DNA from: Armatimonadota bacterium
GTDB lineage: Bacteria; Armatimonadota; Hebobacteria; CAIYQO01
Direction: 5' to 3'
Assembly: GCA_038248345.1 (NCBI GenBank)
Contig: JBBRXO010000053.1
Location: 1 to 20,040 of the forward strand
DNA length: 20,040 bases
A program made the position numbers and the translations under genes. The stretch's first letter is position 1. Each line of letters begins with the position of its first letter. A model generated the notes under the pieces. The model was not told the origin of the DNA, ran no database searches, and saw only the letters and a program-made list of their open reading frames with translations. Of this stretch, positions 9,022-16,212 are shown piece after piece.

Positions 9022-10212
9022 TTAATGTTGAAACCCCACTACTCCCCACTCCGGGCGTTCCAGTTGTGCATGCGTGTCCTCCCAGACCTGCTGCATGCGT
9101 GCTTTGTCGGCGTCAGTCAACGGCAGGTCGGTACCCGTGTCGACGCCGGGGCAGGTGGGGAGTATCCGGCAGGCAGGGACGCTAGGTTGCGCGCTTTGCT
9201 GCACCCATACGGGCAGATATTGCGCGCCGGTGACGCTGGTACCGCGGGCGTTTTTGCTGATGTTCAGGTAAAGGATAATTCCGGTGTCGCGGTAGCGCTC
9301 GCGCTGGTTGCTGGCGAAGTTGCCCAGCGAATAGGCCACCAGGCCGGTGAAGGACACGCCGGTGCGCTGTACGGTGGCCATCTCCACTGGTTGCACTACG
9401 TGCGAATGCCCGCCGATGATGGTATCCACGCCGCCCTCCAGCAATTGCCGGACGATTTCCCGTTGGTTTTTGTTCGGTTCACGTTGGTATTCTTCGCCGA
9501 AGTGCAGTATGGTGATCACCAGCTCCGCGCCAGCTTCCCGTGCGGCTGCTGCTTCTGCGGTCACGCGCTTCACTTCCAACAGATTCACCGCAAAAGGTTT
9601 GTTCTTCGGCACTGGCAGGCCGTTGGTTCCTGCGGTATAGTTAAGCAAAGCTATCTTCACGCCTTTAATGGTGACGATGCTGGGGGTGCCCTGTTCCGCA
9701 GCGTTGCGCGCGGTGCCGGTATGTGCCAGCCCGGCGGCGTCAAGCGTATCCAGAGTGTGGGCGATTCCATCCCAGCCCATATCCATACAGTGATTGTTGG
9801 CAGTGGTCAACATGGCAAAGCCGCTAGCCTTCAGCCCACTCGCCAACTCATCGGGGGAATTGAAGCGCGGGTAGCCGCTGTAGCCGTGCTCCTGCCCCGC
9901 CAGCCGCGTCTCCAAGTTCGCCACTGCGTAGTCGGCGCGGCGCAGATATGGCACAACCGGGGCAAACATGCGCGTAAAATCATACCTGCCGCTCGCGGAG
10001 TCATAGCCAGAGCGCACTAGATACGTATGCATCAACACGTCCCCGACAAAGGCGATGGTGACATTAGTGGATTTATCATCGGTGGGGGGAGGATCAGTAA
10101 CCGTGGCAGCGGCGTGGTTATTAGCGCCACCTGGCATATTCCGCGCCACCGCTGCCACCAGCGTGGCGGCGATTAATACGATAATTACCAGTAAATAATT
10201 GCGCTTCGTCAA
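9022..10212 (-). CDS. capA: CapA-family (PGA_cap) metallophosphoesterase with N-terminal signal or membrane anchor
   Basis: FVGDVL, ANLET, GYPRFNSP, TANNHCMD.G, HFGEEY, GGHSHVVQP and YSLGNF.SNQ motifs; TTG start. Confidence 0.9.
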   Translation of the reverse strand: MTKRNYLLVIIVLIAATLVAAVARNMPGGANNHAAATVTDPPPTDDKSTNVTIAFVGDVLMHTYLVRSGYDSASGRYDFTRMFAPVVPYLRRADYAVANLETRLAGQEHGYSGYPRFNSPDELASGLKASGFAMLTTANNHCMDMGWDGIAHTLDTLDAAGLAHTGTARNAAEQGTPSIVTIKGVKIALLNYTAGTNGLPVPKNKPFAVNLLEVKRVTAEAAAAREAGAELVITILHFGEEYQREPNKNQREIVRQLLEGGVDTIIGGHSHVVQPVEMATVQRTGVSFTGLVAYSLGNFASNQRERYRDTGIILYLNISKNARGTSVTGAQYLPVWVQQSAQPSVPACRILPTCPGVDTGTDLPLTDADKARMQQVWEDTHAQLERPEWGVVGFQH

Positions 10213-10295
10213 GGCATAACCCGGTTCGTTGCAGAATATGATGATATATTATACTGTTTGGAGAAGGATGTCTATATGGGGCAGGAGTATCGGTT

Positions 10296-10423
10296 TTAGC
10301 GACAAGCCGTCCTCCCTGGCCTGGCCGTGAACACCGTCCGCGCACCGCGCACGCTCCGCGCCGCCACGATAACCAGCGCCGCAACGGCCAGCAGGATGAT
10401 AATGTTAAAAAATTGCGTTGCAT
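10296..10423 (-). pseudogene. Frameshifted, truncated remnant resembling the CapA N-terminus
   Basis: AGGAGG RBS then ATG 10423 MQRNF, with a frame change at a T6 run into NIIILLAVAALVIVAAR; co-linear with CapA KRNYLLVIIVLIAATLVAAVAR. Confidence 0.5.
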
Positions 10424-10562
10424 GGAAACCTCCTGGCTCGGTTGGCGGTTGCTGGTGATATCTTAACCGGTTTGGGGTGGGGTGTCGGGATAGGTGCTGT
10501 AACTTCCAATCCATCTGCACTATTATTGAGTGTGAAGCACATATGCAGTATAATATTGAGCA

Positions 10563-11914
10563 ATGAGTATTCCTGAATCACAGTTTGTGGAACATAAGAA
10601 ATATATCAGTGAGTTGAAAAGCATCATCGAGAGCGTTGCCGCATTCGCCACGTGTCAGGGTGGTACCATCCAAATTGGTATTAACCCCGGCGGCGAATAT
10701 GTTGGAGTGCAGATCGGCCGCACTACGCTGGAATATCTAGCACGCGATATAAAAGTTGTATACCGACCCTCCCCAGTTTCCGGCAATCACTTTTGATGGT
10801 GATGAGCAAAATGCTATTATCACTGTGGGAGTATCTGGTAGCTCGTTGAAGCCCGTCTTCGCCTATGGACGCCCATATAAACGAGTCGGGCGCAGTAATC
10901 AGCGGCTGACTCGCGACGAAGTCCAACGGTTGATGGAAGAGACAACCGGGCGTACCTGGGATACCTTGCTATGCCAGGGGTTCAATTTAGCAGATATCGA
11001 TATTTCAGCGATTCGGGACTATTTGAAGCGTGGTGGTCAGGATATCGCCACCGATACCATGACGGTATTGCGCAATTTGTCGCTGGTGAATACGCTGGGT
11101 GAATTTGTGAATGCAACCGCACTGTTATTCTATCATATATCCGCAGTATTTCATCCCGCAGGCACAACTACAATGTGCGCGTTTTGCCGGGACTTCCTCA
11201 ATACAATTCATCGATGAAGCGACGTATACCGGGCCGGTCTTTGCACAACTGGATGAAGCATTGAAGTTCATCGCGCGCAATACCAAACAAGCGATAGTTA
11301 TCACCGGTAAACTGCAACATGATGTAGTGCCAGAATACCCGGTAGAGGCCATACGTGAAGCGTTGATTAATGCTATCTGCCACCGAAACTACACTGATCC
11401 CGGTACCATACAGGTGCGTATCTATGATGACCGGCTGGAGATTTGGAACCCCGGTTTGTTGCCGCCTGACCTTACTATTGAACAGCTATACCACGAGCAC
11501 GCCTCACATCCACGCAATCCACGTCTCGCCTGCGCGTTTCACCGCGTCGGTCTCATCGAACGCTGGGGTACCGGAACAATTCGTATCATCAACCTCTCCC
11601 TAGCCCACGGTCTAAGTCGCCCGGAATTCGCAGCAGAAACCGGAGTATTCAAGGTACGATCCTTTCCGATTGTCGTGAAAGCAAAGACAGAAGGTCTTCA
11701 GCTAGAAACTAGGCTTCAGCAAGCATTGGATTTTATCAGGAATAGGGGTAGCATTTCAATCACTGAATACTCGGAATTATTCAGAATTAGTCGCCGTCAA
11801 GCACAGAGAAATTTAGCTCAGTTCGTAAAAATAGGTATAATGCGAACTGATGGCAAAAGATCAGCAACAATATTTCTTTTTCCACCTGATAATGAGGAGG
11901 GAATCAAATCATAA
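10563..11914 (+). pseudogene. Schlafen/AlbA_2 plus RecG-C-terminal-like (HATPase_c_4) plus wHTH protein with two frameshifts
   Basis: ESQFVEHK...VAAFAT..GGTI.IGI (AlbA_2); KPV..YGRPYKRVGRSN; EYP.EAIREALINAICHR.Y, I.VRIYDDRLEIWNPG, S.PRNP.LA, IERWGTG; C-terminal wHTH. Three ORFs each shift +1, near 10751-10755 and 11131-11140. Repaired length is about 449 aa. Confidence 0.85.
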
Positions 11915-11920
11915 CGACAA

Positions 11921-11975
11921 CATTCGCGACATTCGCGTCATGTCGCGAGTGTCGCGAGTGTCGCGAGATGTCGCG
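11921..11975. repeat. Inverted tandem 9-mer array forming a long hairpin
   Basis: Two ACATTCGCG units followed by three TGTCGCGAG units and a partial fourth; 17-bp stem 11921-11937/11944-11960. Confidence 0.7.
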
Positions 11976-12172
11976 CTTCCCCCAGAATTCGGCAACCTTG
12001 CCAGCTTCTCCCGGATCTGCCGGTACAGTTCGTCCGTCCATTGCGGCAATGAGATGTCTGTTTCGAAGTTAACTATTAGTATTTTTGGGACGCCCATGAG
12101 AACGGGGTTGCGATACCAACCACCATGCCCTAAAGCACATGGCTATAACCCTGAAGGGCATTACTCATCTGG

Positions 12173-12240
12173 TTCAGAGAAGTCCGCGATGGCGGACGAC
12201 TGGTACGTAGTGCCCTGCAGCCGGGATTTCAATCCCAGCG
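12173..12240 (+). repeat. 68-bp REP-like dispersed element, copy A
   Basis: 59/68 identical by manual alignment to the reverse complement of 14318-14385; contains GTCCGC-GATG-GCGGAC and GGGATT-TC-AATCCC hairpins. Confidence 0.85.
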
Positions 12241-12250
12241 ATAGATACTA

Positions 12251-12817
12251 TTACCTTCCTTCGGTCTCTATGGTCAAGTCCTTTGGCAGGCTCTGTAACT
12301 CGCTAATTTGCGTTGTATTCAGGAGTGGCGCTACATGCGGTCGTAAGGTAGCCGTGAGGAGGAAGAGACGATGGGGCGCCCCCGGTAGTGGCATAAATCC
12401 ATACCGATTATACCAACGTACCACACGATCATTAAGCGGATCGACTAGGACGGCATGTGCGCCGATGATCTGCGAAAGGTGATATGCCGTGTGCAACGCA
12501 TTCATCAGTAAATGGGTACCGAGATTATGACCTTGTGCATGTATATCGACAGCCAACCTACCCAATAGCACAACAGGAATGCGGGTTAGCCGAATCCGTG
12601 GCGCTTGCAGTTCGTCTGCCAGTAGCGCACTCATCGCCAGCGTGTAATACCCATCAATGCGAGTGGGTATATCCTCGGATATTGCCACCCACGTTACCCC
12701 GAGGCCACGCTCAAAGTATTTGCGGGCGTGGGCATGAAGAAACGTATCGAGTGCCGGTTCATCACAGGAGAATAACTCCCGCTGATGCCGCTGGGGATCA
12801 AGGCGTTCAATGATCAT
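12251..12817 (-). CDS. GNAT-family toxin (TacT/AtaT-like acetyltransferase)
   Basis: H.RE.FSCDEPALD.FL...AR, GYYTLA, IPVVLLGRLAVD...QG.NLG..LL.NAL, GA.AVLVD......WY.RYGF; overlaps the DUF1778 gene. Confidence 0.9.
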   Translation of the reverse strand: MIIERLDPQRHQRELFSCDEPALDTFLHAHARKYFERGLGVTWVAISEDIPTRIDGYYTLAMSALLADELQAPRIRLTRIPVVLLGRLAVDIHAQGHNLGTHLLMNALHTAYHLSQIIGAHAVLVDPLNDRVVRWYNRYGFMPLPGAPHRLFLLTATLRPHVAPLLNTTQISELQSLPKDLTIETEGR

Positions 12818-13094
12818 TGAATTCGCCCCGCGCGAATCGTGCCATATCCCGGGCTAGTTCAGGGGTGGCGGCAGGTGGGGTTTCCAGGATGACGAGCACT
12901 TTGTCCCAATCGGCCGGCGAAAGACGGATTTGCTCTTCCGCAAGAAGCTCGTCCTGCGCTACCTGCAACGCCGTACTCACCAGATAATCAGTCACGCTTA
13001 AACCGAGACGAGTCGCCGCCCGCTCCAACAAGCGTTTATGCTCAGGCGCGATGCGACAGGAAAGACGATCTGTTTTTACCAATAATGTCCCCAT
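12807..13094 (-). CDS. DUF1778-family RHH antitoxin (TacA/AtaR-like)
   Basis: KTDRLSCRIAPEHK.LLERAA...GLSVTDY....A, I.LSPADW...L..LE.PP..TPEL; immediately upstream of and overlapping the GNAT gene. Confidence 0.92.
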   Translation of the reverse strand: MGTLLVKTDRLSCRIAPEHKRLLERAATRLGLSVTDYLVSTALQVAQDELLAEEQIRLSPADWDKVLVILETPPAATPELARDMARFARGEFNDH

Positions 13095-13114
13095 GATAAA
13101 AAACCTCTACTGTC

Positions 13115-13125
13115 ATTATACCACA
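13115..13125 (-). promoter_or_regulatory. Extended -10 promoter TGTGGTATAAT for the TA operon
   Basis: Perfect TGnTATAAT 20 nt upstream of the antitoxin ATG; a short GTCA-CA-TGAC palindrome just upstream is a possible RHH operator. Confidence 0.6.
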
Positions 13126-13166
13126 CTGTACGTCACATGACACCCGCCACTGAAACACCACGTGCT

Positions 13167-14240
13167 TTAGCGCGTGGCCTTCTCCGCCCGTTCCCGTAGC
13201 CCCGCTATCTGCTCTGGGGTCACCGCTTTCTCGAAGCTGCGGAACCCCGCGAGAGTGAAGCCGTGTTTGGCGGCGAGGCGGCCGATTTCGCGCACACGGG
13301 CTAGCTCCAGCTCTTTGCCGAGGGAGAAGGATTCGTAGCGGCCTTCCAGCGCAAGGATCATCGTCTCGGCCATGCAGGCGTAGCTGGTGCCGGGGGGGAA
13401 GCCGAAGTTGAAGCCGAAGTCTACCGGGCCGGGCACGGCGACGACGCCGCCTTCGATGATAAGCACGTCATCTCGTTCTTTGGCCACCCGCACCGACACA
13501 TCGCGTGGGCGCGAGACATCGCAGACCACCGCGCCGGGCTTCAGGTGGTGCGGCTCTACTACCGCGTCCACTGCGCTGGTGACAGTGACGATGATGTCGG
13601 CCAACGGCAGGTCGGTATCCATATCGGTGGAGATGCGCACGTTGCCGCCTGGCATCTCCTCGGCGACGCTGCGCAGGCGGCTCTCATTGCGCCCCAATAG
13701 TAATAGTTCACCCACACCGTCCTCAGCGAAGAGGTGGGCGCAGACACGCCCGATGGAGCCAGTGGCGCCGACGATGGCCACGCAGGCCTTCGCTGGATCA
13801 ATGCCCATCAACTCCGCGCCGCGCCGCGCCCCCTGGATGGCGGTGTAGCAGGTGTAGCTGTTGCCGGTGGTGATGGCGATGTCCACGTTGCGCGCCACGG
13901 TTATCCCGGCGTCACCAGCAATGGAGGTATACGCCCCCAGCCCCACGATCTTGGCGCCCGCGGTCTGCGCCAACTGCGCCGCCTTGATGATCTTACGAGT
14001 GACGAAATCCTCCGGCAGCTCGAGGAATTGCCGTGGCGTCAGCGGGCACCCGACAAACCACCCCTCGGCCTCCGCCCCGCCCAGGCTTTTCACCCCGGTT
14101 ATATGCGAAATCATCTTCGGCTGAATGTGCTGCAACAACCACTCCAGCATATTATCGGGCAACACCTGCAGCAGCGGATATTTCCGCGCCACATCCTTGC
14201 GCACCGATATAGGATGGATGAGAAATCCGAACTTTTCCAT
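13167..14240 (-). CDS. Acyl-ACP reductase-like NAD(P)-dependent oxidoreductase (COG5322 type)
   Basis: FGFLIHP, GLGAYTSI, TTGNSYT, Rossmann GATGSIG, DVSRPRD, EGGVV..PG and YACMAETMILALEG; the Cys matches the catalytic position of cyanobacterial AAR (FACFAE). Confidence 0.8.
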   Translation of the reverse strand: MEKFGFLIHPISVRKDVARKYPLLQVLPDNMLEWLLQHIQPKMISHITGVKSLGGAEAEGWFVGCPLTPRQFLELPEDFVTRKIIKAAQLAQTAGAKIVGLGAYTSIAGDAGITVARNVDIAITTGNSYTCYTAIQGARRGAELMGIDPAKACVAIVGATGSIGRVCAHLFAEDGVGELLLLGRNESRLRSVAEEMPGGNVRISTDMDTDLPLADIIVTVTSAVDAVVEPHHLKPGAVVCDVSRPRDVSVRVAKERDDVLIIEGGVVAVPGPVDFGFNFGFPPGTSYACMAETMILALEGRYESFSLGKELELARVREIGRLAAKHGFTLAGFRSFEKAVTPEQIAGLRERAEKATR

Positions 14241-14317
14241 GGGTATAACTATAACATAATTGGGCGTGGGGGATATAGTATTGAGAGTAAAGAGATGATT
14301 GCAAAAGCCTTAATTTC

Positions 14318-14385
14318 CGCTGGGATTGAAATCCCGGCTGCCTGGCGCTGCGCGCCGGTCGTCCGCCTTCGCGGACTTTTCTGAA
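14318..14385 (-). repeat. 68-bp REP-like dispersed element, copy B (inverted relative to copy A)
   Basis: 59/68 identity to 12173-12240 on the opposite strand. Confidence 0.85.
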
Positions 14386-14396
14386 TCGAATGGTAG

Positions 14397-14572
14397 TCGT
14401 GGCATGGGCGTCCCGCCCATGAGAACGGGGTTTCAATACTGGGCTACACCCCCTCTGTAGCCCGCGCCCGCCGTGGCGTGTATTTGTAGACAAGAGCGCG
14501 CCTCAGCGGGCGCGGGCTACAATCCCTGGGGACGCAGGCGTCCCGCCCAGAGAACGGGATTTCAATCACAGC
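14397..14572. repeat. Mosaic of REP-like palindromes including a GTAG-type doublet
   Basis: Perfect 16-bp IR TGTAGCCCGCGCCCGC (14456-14471 / 14506-14521), flanked by roughly 30-bp direct repeats GGCGTCCCGCCCA(T)GAGAACGGG(G/A)TTTCAAT. Confidence 0.75.
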
Positions 14573-14681
14573 AGCTTCTCTCCGTGCTCTCTATGTCCTC
14601 TGTGTTTATATTTTCTCTCTTCGCGCCTTCGTGTCTTCGTGGTTCCACCTATCCATACTATGAAAATGTTATTATTAATCC

Positions 14682-15305
14682 ATGCTGGATTTCCATTGTT
14701 ATCTGATAACGGAGCGGACGCAGACGGGCGGGCGGGATTTGCTTGATGCGCTGACGCAGGCGGCGCGCGCGGGGGTGCGGGCGGTGCAGTTGCGCGCCAA
14801 GGATTTGCCGCCGCACGAGCTGTACCTGCTGGCGGTGGCGGCCAGGCGCGCGCTGACGCCCTACGGCACGCGCATATTGGTGAATGACCGTGCCGACATC
14901 GCGCTGGCGGCCGGGCTGGATGGGGTTCACCTCACCGCCGCCTCGCTGCCTCCGGCGGCGGTGCGGGCTATATTGCCCCCGGCGATGCTCATCGGCGTCT
15001 CCACCCACACGCCGGAGACAGCGCTGGCCGCGCAGCGGGGGGGCGCGGACTTCATCACCTACGGGCCGGTCTTCCTCACCCCCAGCAAAGCCGGCTACGG
15101 CGCGCCGCGCGGGGTGGCGGAGTTGCGCGCCGTCTGCGCCACGCTCACCATCCCCGTCTTCGCCCTCGGCGGCATCACCGTGGCGAACATCGCCGAGTGC
15201 CGCACGGCAGGCGCCTACGGCGTCGCCGCCATCCGCGCCATGCTCGACGTGCCCGACATCGCCAGTGCGGTAGCGGCGTTTGGTGCGGGGTTGGGGGAGT
15301 TGTAG
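14682..15305 (+). CDS. thiE: Thiamine-phosphate synthase family protein (ThiE/TenI)
   Basis: YLITER, VQLRAKDL, LVNDRADIALA..LDGVHL, IGVSTH, GADFI.YGPVF.TPSK and PVFALGGI motifs. ThiE versus TenI cannot be resolved by eye. Confidence 0.82.
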   Translation: MLDFHCYLITERTQTGGRDLLDALTQAARAGVRAVQLRAKDLPPHELYLLAVAARRALTPYGTRILVNDRADIALAAGLDGVHLTAASLPPAAVRAILPPAMLIGVSTHTPETALAAQRGGADFITYGPVFLTPSKAGYGAPRGVAELRAVCATLTIPVFALGGITVANIAECRTAGAYGVAAIRAMLDVPDIASAVAAFGAGLGEL

Positions 15306-15323
15306 GGGCACATGGCATGTGCC
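15302..15323. repeat. GTAG-type REP palindrome overlapping the thiE stop codon
   Basis: GTAG-G-GGCACATG-G-CATGTGCC; the TAG within GTAG is the stop codon. Confidence 0.6.
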
Positions 15324-15360
15324 AGATTGTTTGCAACAAAAACGGGGTTAGGGGATAATT

Positions 15361-15476
15361 GCCCCGAAGGGGCTTAGGATGTTAGCCACGGGTGAAGCGG
15401 TATCCGAGTGCAGCGAGGAGAGCGCGGAACCCGTGGTATAAGGCATTAAAAAAGATACTCCGCCCCGAAGGTGGCG
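15361..15476. repeat. Left half of a REPIN-like element
   Basis: GCCCC-GAA-GGGGC hairpin, TAG-CCACGGGT...ACCCGTGG stem, then CGCCCCGAAGGTGGCG; same layout as the left half of 15859-16045. Confidence 0.6.
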
Positions 15477-15814
15477 CCAATGAAACAGTAATTGAAGCGT
15501 GGAGCGATCCGCAATTAAGGCGCAGCTGGGGGCCTTTCCATGATAGTACGCCCGAAGAATACTCGCTCATCCTTATGATGAAAGAGGTGGACGGGAAAGC
15601 CACCACCAGCGTAGTGACCGGTGCCTGGTTCCCGATTCCCATTAAAGTAGGCACCCCCGAATCATACACGCTACTCGATATCATTGATGTAGACGGTGAT
15701 GGACAAAACGAAATCATGATTGGTTCGGGATATTACGAAGGAAATGGTATTCAGGTGATGAAACTGCTGAACGGAAAATTTATTAATGTTGTCAGTGGCG
15801 GCGAAGGGGCATAA
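15473..15814 (+). pseudogene. 3' fragment of a protein with an FG-GAP-like DxDGDG motif
   Basis: ..ETVIEAWSD...YSLILM...DIIDVDGDGQNEIMIGSGYYEG...GGEGA reads as genuine protein. The first ~27 codons of ORF 15392 are the repeat, with no RBS or signal peptide. Confidence 0.55.
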
Positions 15815-15858
15815 ACATGCTGTCTAACACCAAAGTATTATCGCCGATCCTCATAAAC

Positions 15859-16045
15859 CCACCGCGAAGCGGTGGCGGATTTTAGCCCGGTGCGCAAGCG
15901 CCGGGTAAGAATCGCCTCCGATATTCCCACCCGGAAAGGGTGATGGAAATATGTACCCACCACCCTTTCAGGGTGGGAATCATATACGTTACGTTTCATC
16001 CCCGGCGCTTGCGCACCGGGCTAAAATCCTGCACCACTCCGTGGC
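15859..16045. repeat. Complete nested-palindrome REPIN/MITE-like element
   Basis: Perfect 29-bp IR 15877-15905 / 16001-16029 and inner 24-bp IR 15923-15946 / 15957-15980 (22/24). Confidence 0.85.
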
Positions 16046-16212
16046 GCAATAATCGTTACTTCTTTCTCATGAACGAGACGATTCCTGCTTTAGAAGGCGC
16101 CTGAAACCGCCCCCAAAATACTCAATTGCCTAATATTTCGCCAAAGTTGGAATAATTCTGCTAAATAGAGTATGCTTATAGCAAGAGTATGGACTAGAAA
16201 AGGAGACTCTTG

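Noticed and set aside
9025..10020. 331-aa antisense ORF over capA, and similar shadow ORFs over thiE, frr and the reductase
   Set aside because: Typical antisense shadows of GC-rich coding sequence with no motifs of their own.
11921..11975. CRISPR array
   Set aside because: 9-bp tandem units with no spacers; no cas genes in the window.
11850..12482. 210-aa plus-strand ORF and 62-aa minus-strand ORF 11909-12097
   Set aside because: Built largely from repeats and the antisense of the GNAT gene. The stretch ISLPQWTDELYRQIREKLARL looks protein-like and could be a remnant, but I cannot assign it.
14241..14681. TPP riboswitch upstream of thiE
   Set aside because: No CTGAGA / ACCTGAT core motifs are visible; the structure is explained by REP-like repeats.
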